A stretch of DNA of 64,000 bases from Mobula hypostoma (taxonomy: Eukaryota). The DNA lies in assembly GCF_963921235.1 (NCBI RefSeq), contig NC_086097.1, forward strand, positions 154,754,001 through 154,818,000, read 5' to 3'. The position numbers were made by a program, and so were the translations under genes. Below the pieces are notes generated by a model. The model did no database searches. It was not told the DNA's origin and worked only from the letters and a program-made list of their open reading frames with translations. Every line of letters begins with the position of its first letter. Position 1 is the stretch's first letter. Positions 40,463 to 52,897 of the stretch are shown here, one piece after another.

Positions 40463-40567
40463 TGTTTTCCCGGTTATACTTTCACCTGGTGGTCCAGGAA
40501 TTCCAGCTGGCCCAGGGTTACCGGGCGTTCCAGGCACTCCTGGGTCACCATCTTTACCAGGTTCCCC
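40463..40567 (-). CDS. COL22A1: Collagen exon, 105 bp: GEPGKDGDPGVPGTPGNPGPAGIPGPPGESITGKT
   Basis: ctacag|GGG...ACA|gtaagt; 35 aa with a helix interruption. Confidence 0.95.
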
Positions 40568-43065
40568 CTGTAGTAGGCAGTAGAAAGAATGAGAAATAGT
40601 GGAGAGAGGATGACTGTATTTTCCTCTTCACAGCAATCTCACAATTAATGTTGACTAATGGAAATACAAATGGAAATGCAGATTTATAAAACCAGTTCAT
40701 AGTCACACTAAAGATTTGAACCTACTCTGTGAAATCATGTTTCTTTGGCCAGATGCTAGTGACAAGAGACTTCACAGGACAAAATGTAGGCAGAAGGAAT
40801 ATAGGTGACTGGGATTGCTGATGGTATAATTTCATTGTTAGATTAAGATTTTGCACCATGCTTGTAACTTAAACATCGCTTTTCTGTTGAGAACTGCTGA
40901 TTTTAGATGAGTTGTTGGCATGCATCATACATACTTCCTTTCTTAACATACAAGATAGGATTGCCATAGAGTAGTGCAGCTTTGGGACAATTATATTGGA
41001 AAGTCTCATAATGGACAGGACTTCCTGTACTGGAAAGGAAATCTGTCCATTCCCTGTGGTATTGACAAGGTAGATGCCAATATAAAGCCAACAATAACCA
41101 CGAGGGAAGAGTTGGGAATCTAAAGGACAGCTCCAACTCTTTAAAAGGAGTGACTGATGAGAGCAACACAGTTTCTCTGAAGTCCAGCGCCACGTGGAGA
41201 ATGAAAGAATTGACTAAAGACTCGCTGTAAGATCTTGGCTCTTACTGATGTCTACCTGGATAACCGGCATTTATCTAAGGCCAGGTCCAAGCACTCAGAG
41301 CCCATTTGACACATGGGGCACAACGGATATAGTCTTGTCACTAGGGCCCACATGTCACCAGGCATTGCAGGATTTGGGTGTGTTGCGGGCAGGGCCACAA
41401 CAAGTTTCCATGTAACGGATATCCCGGAAGATCCTAATAGTAGGACAAGTTCAATGGCTCAGACCATCTCTTCTAACCATAGTCATTGCATGAGATGCTA
41501 TTAAACTAGGAAAAATAAATTACAGGTTTTCAAAATCTGACCATTAAAACCCGTTCAGGACTTTCAGAAAAAGATCATAAATATTAATGAAAATGCAGAG
41601 TACTGGAAATACCCAGGAGATCACACATTTAATGTTACAAATAAATCTATTAAACAGACAACACAGACATGTTGTGTCACCTAGGCAACCTTGGTTTCCA
41701 CCATACACTGACGTTCACTTTGCTCTGCCCACCGCTTCCCCTCTCTGCAATTTAAACATACATTTGTTTTCTCACTTCTCCAGGTGTGATGAGAGGTCAT
41801 TGATCTGAAGTGTTAACTATTCACCTTTCTCTGCAGATGCTGCTTCAGCTGCTGAACATTCCCCGTGTCTTCTATTTTTATATTAGGTTTCCAACAACTG
41901 CAGAATTTTGATTTTCATTAAAACTTGCTGCTGTTGCCACACCTTTCTCCCCACCTAACCAAAAGGGAATGTCCTCTCAGAGAGCAAATACTTCTCATTC
42001 AACTATTTCGGGAACCGATACTTCCTCATTGTTTTCCTCAAAACCCACTGGCACAAAATCCCTCAAGCACATGGATTTGGATCTGTTTCTAAAAGAGTAA
42101 AATCTCAGTAAAAATTTGTGGCAAGGACAATTATTCAAAGAATTTCACAGCCCACTATCCCCCTAACAGCTTTGTAAAATAACTCTTTGAATAAAATGGG
42201 TTTGCTGAAATTCTGAAATACAAAAAGAATAAAAGTACATCTGGTGAGAAAGAAACAGGTAACATTGTCATTGTCATTAATGTGAAACATTAAGCCTGTG
42301 ACTTTTTCCATAGACGTGGCCTAATTTGTTGACTCACCCAGCACTGTCAGCATTTCAACTTTTATTATTACTATAAGTACTATTTTGACTGAAATTATTT
42401 TAACTATTTCACATGTAAGTTTGAGTCTTATGAACTTGATTCAGGATTTTGAGAAGGTGACTAGGATGATTTATGTGGATGGGGGCTGTAGATGTTGCTT
42501 ACATCGATTTTAGTTTGGTGATTGACAAGATCCTGCATGTTTGGATGTTCAGAATACGTGGGCTCCATGGTGAACTTGTAGTTTTGATTCAAAATTGTCT
42601 TGGACTATGGAAGGAAGTGGGTAGTAGTGGAAAGGTGTTTGTTATTCTGGTTAGATATCTGTGACCAGTGGTGATCCATAGGGTTAGGAACTGGGTCCTC
42701 AATATTTATAATAGATTGGCTGGTTGTTCAGTTTGCAGAGGATACAAAGATGGCGGAGTTGCAGGTGAAGAAAGTTGTCAATGGATCAAACCATCAGTTA
42801 CAGTTGTGAGTGGAGAAATGGCAGGTGGAGTTTAATCCTGGAATCGTGCGTTGTTACAATTTGTGAGTTTGTCAAGTTTAAAGCGGATTTTGCAGAATGA
42901 GTTTCTTACTCAGAAGTGGTGGGTATGCATGCATCAATCTACCTTTAATCCCACCCTCCCATTTAATTTCTAGTCACTTCAAAACAAAAGCATTCCAAAG
43001 GATATTTACGTCTCCATTATTGTCAAGACAACAGGCCTTGTATCTTACGATTAACAGTATCTTAC

Positions 43066-43119
43066 TTTTTCACCTCTGAGACCATCTTTGCCTGGAGGAC
43101 CCGCCACTCCAGGGATTCC
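43066..43119 (-). CDS. COL22A1: Collagen exon, 54 bp: GIPGVAGPPGKDGLRGEK
   Basis: atacag|GGA...AAA|gtaaga. Confidence 0.95.
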
Positions 43120-44434
43120 CTGTATAACAAGGAAACATTAGATATTAATATTTTTTTAAGAAGAAGTGCACCTGTGAAATATCTTTTTCCTGAATGCTGC
43201 CCTGCACACTTACAACCCATCACTCAGAGAGGTCTTGGAAAGGGAGGTGGATTCAACCCTCAAACATTCCTCTGTAGCACCACAGCTCTGAGGGCTGTTT
43301 ACTGAGCTCTGAATAATTGGATGGATAACATGGTGTTTACTAAAGGGAGAAAGAGAAATTCATAAGCATCACAATTGTCTCAGTACTCCACTGTCATATA
43401 GGTTCTGTTAGACAAGGGACCAGGCTGGGGAGTTATCTGAGCAAAGGTATATTCAGCGGACTCTGGGCTTGGAAAGGCTGAGATGGAGTTTCTGAGAGGA
43501 AGCATTGCAAATCTTGTAATTGGCCTCTGAAATGGTGGTTTATGAAATGAGGAATTTGCCAGGCCTGGGTGATTCTCAATAGTAAGGAACAGATGTTTAA
43601 AAATGGGCCAGGTTCAAGGTTCAAGATTCTTTCACTTTATGTGATGCTAGTCAATCTATTCAACTATGCAGGCAAAGCCTCTGTAAGACGATGGCAAAAG
43701 TTGCATTAACAAACTTGACATGACTAATTGTCACATGACCACATGTCCTTTTATTGGTCATCACAACTTAAGCCTAATATGGTCATTCTGACAAATGGTC
43801 AAGCCTCCAGCCATGTACAAACATTTGTAATTCAATCTGCACACTTAATTAAAATAAACATTTGTTGCACCAATAAAAGCTGCTAAACTGCCAATCTCTA
43901 AGATTAGGGTAATAGCAATATACACTAGACCTGAGTAACATGCATTGCATCGTGATTCAAGTAAAAAACTTCAAAATTTCATTTCCAGGTTTGTTATTTA
44001 ATTAATTTCTACCATTTTCCTTCTTTGTCTTTATATCTTGATGCAGTTAGCATAGGTCTCAGGTTGGTGAAACATTTAGTCTTCACATTGACCAATGGCA
44101 GCAAATGGAGTCAATGCTTTTAACAAGTTCAAAATATCCAACCAGCTCAGCTTGCAGGAATATTGATTGATTTGAATCATTTACTTTATTAATGAAGTAT
44201 GAGGGTCAACATAATAAATTATTTTATGAGATTTTATTTCCACCTCTCTTTCTCCCACATCGTGCAACCATTCATTTTTATACTGAGATCAATTACATTT
44301 ATTTGGACAAACATCTCACTCGGTTTCAATCCTGTCACCAGTTCCTCCTGATCTACCTCCAACCAAACAACTCATAAGCTCACATTGGCCATTTGAAAGG
44401 AATTCACTGCCAGCATTGATCTCTTTGCACTTAC

Positions 44435-44479
44435 CACATTTCCTGGGACCCCATGTGGGCCTGGTCTTCCAATTAGACC
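44435..44479 (-). CDS. COL22A1: Collagen exon, 45 bp: GLIGRPGPHGVPGNV
   Basis: ctgcag|GGT...GTG|gtaagt. Confidence 0.95.
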
Positions 44480-45024
44480 CTGCAGTGAGATAGGCGAAAA
44501 CAAATGTATCTCCAGTGTTTAACAATTTAGCCCAGATCGTTCTCTAAATTAATCACTGAAGTAGTTATGAAACAAAATGGTGGCAGTATTGCTTTAAAGC
44601 AATCCTAAGCCATTCACTGCAAGTATTCAGTCAGCAGAAGGCTGTTAATTATAAATGTTACAAACCTCAAGAGAATCATAAACTCAAGCTGATTTCAAAT
44701 TGGTCTCTGTTAAGATGTGGTTTGGAGAATTAGAATGAGCTGAGGGTACATCTTTGCCAACATTGAACTGGAATGGAGTCAGGCAACTCTTGGAGGGATT
44801 TAACTCAAATAGAACTGAGTGTAGCAATGTTTGGTGGGATTACTCACTGGTAGGTGGTGATGGGAGTAATCGAGATGTAGCTGGTGAGGGAAATACTCTG
44901 TAAAGATGCAGTTTGGCTAGTGTTACTAGAGTAAGTGAGCTGGCTGCAGAAGCAATTAGGCAAGTCTACACAGTGTGATATCGAATTGGTTCTCGTATTC
45001 AAAAAGGAATGGAAAAAAATCTCA

Positions 45025-45321
45025 AGCAACACACATAAAAATTGCTGGTGAATGCAGCAGGCCAGGCAGCATCTATAGGAAGAGGTACAGTCGATGTTTT
45101 GGGCCGAGACCCTTCGTCAGGACTAACTGAAAGAAGAGATAGTAAGAGATTTGAAAGTGGGAGGGGGAGGGGGAGATCTGAAATGATTGGAGAAGACAAG
45201 GGTCGCGGCCCGAAACATCGACTGTACCTCTTCCTATAGATGCTGCCTGGCAATTTTTCACCAGCAATCTTTATGTGTGTTGCTTGAAATTCCAGCATCT
45301 GCAGATTTCCTCGTGTTTGCG
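45025..45321. mobile_element. Inverted pair of Penelope pLTR ends with a 15-bp TSD
   Basis: tggaaaaaaatctca at 45010-45024 and 45322-45336; arms 45025-45198 (-) and 45199-45321 (+). Confidence 0.88.
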
Positions 45322-45484
45322 TGGAAAAAAATCTCACTTGAATTGGAAGGTAACTGAGGTGGACTGCAGAACTAGTAGTTCCAGACTCAACTAAATTGAT
45401 TGAAAGATGTATTTGGTTAGGGAATAAAAACAGAGAGGCCAAATTGTTTTACAAGTTTTTTTCCTAAACATATATATACTATTT

Positions 45485-48400
45485 AGACCATAAGACCATA
45501 AGACAAAGGAGCAGAAGTCAGCCATTCAGCCCATCGAGTCTGCTCCGCCATTTTATCATGAGCTGATCCATTCTCCCATTTAGTCCCACTCCCCCGCCTT
45601 CTCACCACAACCTTTGATGCCCTGGCTACTCAGATACATATCAATCTCTGCCTTAAGTACACCCAATGACTTGGCCTCCACTGCCATCCGTGGCAACAAA
45701 TTCCATAGATTCACCACCCTCTGGCTAAAAAAATTTCTTCACATCTCTGTTCTGAATGGGTGCCCTTCAATCCTTAAGTTATGCCTTCTTGTACTAGACT
45801 CCCCCATCATGGGAAACAACTTTGCCACATCCACTCTGTCCATGCCTTTTAACATTCGAAATGTTTCTATGAGGTCTCCCCTCATTCTTCTAAACTCCAA
45901 GGAATACAGTCCAAGAGTGGGCAAATGTTCCTTATATGTTAACCCTCGCATTCCCGGAATCATTCTAGTGAATCTTCTCTGTACCCTCTCCAACATCCTT
46001 TCTTAAATAAGGAGCCAAAAACTGCCCACAGTACTCTAAGTGAGGTCTCACCAGCGCCTTTTAGAGCCTCAACATCACATACTCAATTCCTCTGGAAATG
46101 AATGCCAAGATTGCATTCGCATTCTTCACCATCGACTCAACCTGGAGGTTAACCTTAAGGGTATCCTGCACGAGGACTCCTAAGTCCCATTGTATCTCAG
46201 AACTTTGAATTCTCTCCCCATTTAAATAATAGTTTGCCCGTTTATTTCTTCTGCCAAAGTGCATAACCATACACTTTCCAACATTTTATTTCATTTGCCA
46301 CTTCTTTTCCCATTCTTCCAATCTATCCAAGTCTTTCTGAAGACTCTCTGTTTCCTCAGCACTACTGGCCCCTTCGTATCATCAGCAAACTTAGCCACAA
46401 AGCCATCTATTCCAAAATCCAAATCGTTGATGTACAACGCAAATAGAAGCGGCCCCAACACTGACCCCTGTGGAACACCACTGGTAACCGGCAGTCAACC
46501 AGAATAGGATCCCTTCATTCCCACTCTCTGTTTCCTGCCAATCAGCCAATGCTCTATCCACGTATGTAACTTTCCCGTAATTCCATGGGCTCTTATCTTG
46601 TTAAGTAGCCTCATGTGTGGAACCTTGTCAAAAGCCTTCTGAAAATCCAAATATACAACATCCACTGCATTCCCCTTGTGTCGCCTACTTGTAATTTCCT
46701 CAAAAAATTGTAATAGGTTTGTCAGGCAGGATTTTCCTTTAAGGAATCCATGCTGAGTTCTGCCTATCTTGTCATATGCCTCCAGGTACTCCGTAACCTC
46801 ATCCTTAACAATCGACTCCAACAACTTCCCAACCACCGATATCAAGCTAACAGGTCTATAATTTCCTTTTTGCTTCCTTACCCACTTCTTAAATAGCGGA
46901 GTGACGTTTGCAATCTTCCAGTCCTCCAGAACCATGCCAGACTCTATCGACTTTTGAAAGATCATTGCTAATGCCTCTGCAATCTCCACAGCTACTTCCT
47001 TCAGAACACGAGGGTGCATTCCATCTGGTCCGGGAGATTTATCTACCTTTAGACTATTCAGCTTCCTGAGTACTTTCTCTGTCGTAATTGTGACTGCGCA
47101 CACTTCTCTTCCCTGACACCTTTGAGTGTCCGGTATACTTCTGATGTCTTCCTCAGTGAAGACTGATGCAAAATATTTGTACAGTTCCTCCACCATCTCC
47201 TTATCTCCCATTTCAATTTCTCCAGCATCATTTTCTATTGGTCCTATATCTACTTTAACCTGTCTTTTACTCTTTATATACTTGAAAAAGCTTTTAGTAT
47301 CCTCTTTGATATTATTTGCTAGTTTCCTTTCATAGTTCGTCTTTTCCCTCTTAATGACCTTCTTAGTTTCCTTTCGTAAGCTTTTAAAAACTTCCCAATC
47401 CTCTGTTTTCCCACTAATTTTTGCTTCCTTGTATGCCCTCTCCTTTGCTTTAACTTTGGCTTTGACTTCTCTTGTCAGCCACGGTTGCATCCTTTTTCCA
47501 TTCAAAAATTTCTTCTTTTTTGGAATATACTTCTCTTGCACCTTCCTCACTTCTCGCATAAACTCCAGCCACTGCTGCTCTGCCGTCCTTCCCTCCAGTG
47601 TCCCTTTCCAGTCAACTTTGGCCAGTTCCTCTCTCATGCCACTATAATTTCCTTTACTCCACTGAAATACCGACACATCAGATTTCGGCTTCTCTTTTTT
47701 TAAATTTCACAGTGAACTCAATCATGTTATGCTCACTGCCGCCTAAGGGTTCCTTCACCTCAATCTCTCTAATCACCTCCGGTTCATTACACAATACCCA
47801 ATCCAGTACAGCCGATCCCCTAGTGGGCTCAACAACAAGCTGTTCTAAAAAGCCATCTCGCAGACATTCTACAAATTCTCTCTCTTGAGATCCAGTGCCG
47901 ACCTGATTTTCCCAATCCGCTCGCATGTTAAAATCCCCCACAATTATCATAATACTGCCCGTCTGACAAGCCTTTTCTATTTCCTGTTGTAATTTGTAAT
48001 CCACATCCCTGCAGCTGTTTGGAGGCCTATAAATAACTGCCATCAGGGTCCTTTTACCCCTGCTATTTCTTAGCTCAACCCATAAAAATTCTGCACCTTC
48101 CGATCCTATGTCACCTCTTTCTAATGATTTAATATCATTTCTTACCAATAAAGCCACGCTACCCCCTCTGCCTACCTGCCTATCCTTCCGATACACCGTG
48201 TATCCTTGGACGTTCAGCTCCCAGAGACATGCATCCTTTAGCCACGTCTCGGTGATGGCCACAATATCATACCTGCCAATCTGTAGCTGTATGACAAGAT
48301 CATCCACCTTATTCCTTATGCTGCGTGCATTTAAGTATAACACCTTAAGACCAGTATTTGGTACTTTTCGCTTTGATTTCACTGCAACTTTATTGCACAG

Positions 48401-48546
48401 CAACTCATCCCAATGGCTACAAATTTGCCCCATCACCTGCCTGTCTTTCCTGACATCTTTACTGCTCACTATCTTAGATTTATTTCTGTTTTCCCCTTCC
48501 TCCGCTCTATCATTCCAGTTCCCATCCCTCTGCCAAATTAGTTTAA
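45485..48546 (-). mobile_element. CR1 LINE with near-complete ORF2 (APE endonuclease plus RT), frameshifted
   Basis: ORF 47678-48565 (LYLNARSIRNK, ITETWL, GDFN); ORF 46495-47676 (KSPGPDG, NYRPVSL, LDFQKAFDKV); taagacca-repeat tail. Confidence 0.93.
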
Positions 48547-49326
48547 ATTTCTTTTCTTTTCTCATTAAATATTATGAGGATTTGGTCATCTTCCTTTGGG
48601 TCAGTGCTCACTTATCTTTTGTATCTTTCTCTAAATTAAGAGCATGACAGAAATACCTGTTTATATTTTTTGTCACTTTAGAAAGGCATGGCTATACAGG
48701 AACTGAGAGCTCACAACTGTTAAATTTTCTCAAGTCCCGACAAACCTATGGGGAAATTACTGTGCATTTCTGTATCCAGGCTTTGAGTTACAGGAAAACA
48801 AAAATAACATTTCTTTTTAAATAAATTACCATTCAGGCTCAATAATCGAGCTAAGTATTATGGCTAATTCCATGCATCAAATGTCAGTGAAGAGCAGTAT
48901 GGAAGAGGATCACAGGAGTGTTTCAGAGACCAGCTATATGAAGACACTGGCAAAGCTATGGCTGGTCACTTAAAGAGAGATTTAACAGGGGTATTCAAAA
49001 TCATAACAAATAAAGACAAAGCATTTCCACTGTCAGGAAGCCTGCAAAACAATGAAGATGGAATTAATATAACTACAAGGGAAAAAAGTAAAGGATGTTG
49101 AGGCAAAATATTTTTAGAAAGCAAGCTCTTATGATCTCACTAACTGCTTAAAACTACTGGAGGGAAATGGATAAAAGCAAATACTAAAAATGTACAGATT
49201 TATGGAGAAGTGTCAGGGATCGGTTTGCAGGAATTGTTCTCTGAGAAAGGAGTTGCTCTTGTTTTTGGCCAATTAGATATTATAAATGTAGCAGCAAAAT
49301 TAATTGTATTTAAATAAATAACTTAC

Positions 49327-49380
49327 CATTTCTCCTTTTTCCCCTGGAATCCCAGGAGGTCCAGGATTACCCTGCTGACC
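49327..49380 (-). CDS. COL22A1: Collagen exon, 54 bp: GQQGNPGPPGIPGEKGEM
   Basis: cgtcag|GGT...ATG|gtaagt. Confidence 0.95.
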
Positions 49381-50353
49381 CTGACGATTAAAGGTAGCCA
49401 ATATCAGTTAAATATTCCAAGAGAACTGAATTGATTTCACATTTATATATGCTCAAGTAGAATATAAAATATCCAGTCATGGAGATTTTATTTGACTGCA
49501 TAATTCATATTGGCACAGATTCGCCAAAATTCACTTCACTAGCACCAAGTTAAATGCAGATTATTCATAGTGCAACGAATGTTTCTGTGATCTTTCACAA
49601 GTGTTTCAAAAGTGCTTCACTACAGTTTCTTGAGGGGGCTTTAAAGTCTGGATAAAACTGTATGGCGATAACAAGTAGTTCAAAGCTTCAAAAAGTCATG
49701 TTATAAAATTTTATGAAGGAATTAGCATAGTCAAATCTAGTTTTTTGCCCACTTTCTAAAAATCTAGCTTGATTACACTATGGCTCATTAATTTTTGTGG
49801 TATTGTTACATGATATATTTAGGACGAACAAGATGGTAGGATCTGACTGTTATGGCTCATTTATTTTGAATAGTTGAAAATCAAAACCTATAGATGCTGA
49901 GAATCTGAAATAAACAGATATTTCTGGAGGTACACTGTTGTACTGTAGTCGTCAAATGTTTACAGAGCTTATTGATTTTAATACACCACGAAATTTTTCA
50001 AAATTTAACAATTGCATATGTTAAAAAGTACCAAATTGTGCTGATTTGTGGCCGAATTGGGCTGGAGGTCGAGAGGCCGCTTCTCGACGGGTGAAGATTT
50101 CATGGAAGGACCGAGTTTGAGCTGTCGCCCTTCTCGAAGTTTCAAAATTCCGAGACGCATGCGATTATTGGTGTGGACTGTAGTTTATATTGCTCTCCTT
50201 CAGCATTTCAGTTTATTCTTTCTTGTTCTCAATTGGTGAGTGGGAAATATGTTACTCTTTTTGGGTGAGGGAGGAGTTGAGGTTTGATGTTATTATCACT
50301 GTTTTTTTGTCTAGGAGAAAATTGGGGGTTCGGTGCTTGATGTTTTACCTGCT

Positions 50354-51025
50354 GTGTCCAGGTGGGTGATCTGTTTGCTTTTGTGTGAGAGAGAGGTTGA
50401 GGGGTGTGGGGTTTAATGTTTCCATTGTCATGTCCGGGTGGGCGATCTGTTAGTTATTGTGTGAGAGAGAGGTTGGGGGGTGTGGGGTTTAATGTTTACA
50501 TTGTTGTGTCCAGGTGGGCGATCTGTTAGTTATTGTGCGAGAGAGAGGGTGGGGGGTGTGGGATTTAATGTTTCCACTGTCGTGTCCAGGTGGGCGATCT
50601 GTTAGTTATTGTGCGAGAGAGAGGGTGGGGGGTGTGGGGTTTAATGTTTCCACTGTCGTGTCCAGGTGGGCGATCTGTTAGTTATTGTGCGAGAGAGAGG
50701 GTGGGGGGTGTGGGGTTTAATGTTTCCACTGTCGTGTCCAGGTGGGCGATCTGTTAGTTATTGTGCGAGAGAGAGGGTGGGGGGTGTGGGGTTTAATGTT
50801 TCCACTGTCGTGTCCAGGTGGGCGATCTGTTAGTTATTGTGCGAGAGAGAGGGTGGGGGGTGTGGGGTTTAATGTTTCCACTGTCGTGTCCAGGTGGGCG
50901 ATCTGTTAGTTATTGTGCGAGAGAGAGGGTGGGGGGTGTGGGGTTTAATGTTTCCACTGTCGTGTCCAGGTGGGCGATCTGTTTGCTTTTGTGTGAGGGA
51001 AAGGTTGGAGGGGGGTTGGGGTTTA
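50354..51025. repeat. 76-bp G-rich minisatellite, about 9 copies
   Basis: Unit gtgtccaggtgggcgatctgttagttattgtgcgagagagagggtggggggtgtggggtttaatgtttccactgtc; period 76 (e.g. 50582, 50658). Confidence 0.95.
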
Positions 51026-51276
51026 CGAATTTGTTTCTTTTCTTCTTCATACGGTGGCGGGGGGACTTCAATGACTTCCATGGTTTTTCTGTATTTTTTG
51101 ACCTTCTGGAGAAGACAAATTTCAGAGTTATAATTAATTGAACCTTTGAACTTTTAAATTTTATCTTCTGTGATGTGCAAATAAATTTCAGAAGTTGTTA
51201 TGGGCAAAAATAGAAGCATTATTAAACATGGGTTTAATTTTAATGAGAGATGACTAGATAGAGGTGTGTAAGATAA

Positions 51277-52897
51277 GCAACACACATAAAAATTGCTGGT
51301 GAATGCAGCAGGCTAGGCAGCATCTCTAGGAAGAGGTACAGTCGACGTTTCAGGCCGAAACCCTTTGTCAGGACTAACTGAAAGAAGAGATAGTAAGAGA
51401 TTTTAAAGTGGGAGGGGGAGGGGGAGATCCAAAATGATAGGAGAAGACAGGAGGGGGAAGGATGAAGCTAAGAGCTGAAAAGTTGATTGGCAAGAGGGAT
51501 ATGAGAGGATCATGGGACAGGAGGCCTAGGGACAAAGAAACGGGGAGGGGAGAAACGCAGAGGATGGGCAAGGGTATAGTGAGAGGGACAGAAGGAAAAA
51601 AAGAGAAAAATATATATATATATAATAATAATAAATAAATAAAGGATGGGGTACGAAGGGGAGGTGAGGCATTAACGGAAGTTAGAGAAGTCAATGTTCA
51701 TGCCATCAGGTTGGAGGCTACCCAGACGGAATATAAGGTGTTGTTCCTCCAACCTGAGTGTGGCTTCATCTTGACAGTAGAGGAGGCCGTGGATAGACGT
51801 ACCTGAATGGGAATGGGACATGGAATTAAAATGTGTGGCCACTGGGAGATCCTGCTTTCTGTGGCAGACAGAGCATAGGTGTTCAGCGAAACGGTCTCCC
51901 AGCATGCGTGGGGTCTCGACAATATATAGAAGGCCGCATCGGGAGCACTGGACACAGTATATCACCCCAACCGACTCTTCTTCGTCTTGCTTTCTGCAGG
52001 GATCGCTCCCTACGCGACTCCCTTGTCCATTCGTACCCCCATCCCTTCCCACCGATCTCCCTCCTGGCACTTATCCTTGTAAGCAGAACAAGTGCTACAC
52101 ATGCCCTTACACTTCCTCCCTCACCACCATTCAGGGCCCCAGACAGTCCTTCCAGGTGAGGCGACACTTCACCTGTGAGTCAGCTGGGGTGATATATTGC
52201 ATCCGGTGCTCCCGATGCGGCCTTCTATATATTGGCGAGACCCGACGCAGGCTGGGAGACCATTTCGCTGAACACCTACGCTCTGTTCACCAGAGACAGC
52301 AGGATCTCCCAGTGGCCACACATTTTAATTCCACATCCCATTCCCATTCTGATATGTCTATCCACGGCCTCCTCTACTGTAAAGATGAAGCCACACTCAG
52401 GTTGGAGGAACAACACCTTATATTCCGTCTGGGTAGCCTCCAACCTGATGACATGAACATTGACTTCTCTACTTCTCTACCTCCCCTTCATACCCCATCC
52501 GTTATTTATTTATTATTATTATTATATATTTTTTTTCTCTCTCTGTCCCTCTCACTATACTCCTTGCCCATCCTTTGGGTTCCCCCCCTCCCCCTTTCTT
52601 TCTCCCTAGGCCCTCCCGTCCCATGATCCTCTCATATCCCTTTTGCCAATCAACTTTCCAGCTCTTAGCTTCATCCCTCCCACTCCTGTCTTCTCTTATC
52701 ATTTCAGATCTCCCCTTCCCTCTCCCACTTTCAAATCTCTTACTATCTCTTCTTTCAGTTAGTCCTGATGAAAGATCTCAGCCCGAAACGTCGACTGTAC
52801 CTCTTCCAAGAGATGCTGCCTGGCCTGCTGCATTCACCAGCAATTTTTATGTGTGTTGCTTGAAATTCCAGCATCTGCAGATTTCCTCGTGTTGGTT
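51277..52897. mobile_element. Penelope-like insertion with a long inverted duplication (GIY-YIG plus pLTR on both strands) and a 10-bp TSD
   Basis: Minus arm ~51277-51976, plus arm ~51977-52897; tgtaagataa at 51267-51276 and 52898-52907; hammerhead motifs at 51340-51375 (-) and 52761-52796 (+). Confidence 0.88.

Noticed and set aside
40903..41504. Medium ORFs in unique intronic sequence (also 14299-14935, 18625-18870, 25025-25402, 36175-36525)
   Set aside because: No recognisable domains or consistent splice or expression signals; lengths compatible with chance.
50354..51025. Regular repeat array as CRISPR-like, and its repetitive ORFs
   Set aside because: Head-to-tail units without unique spacers, in a vertebrate intron; the ORFs are by-products of the repeat.
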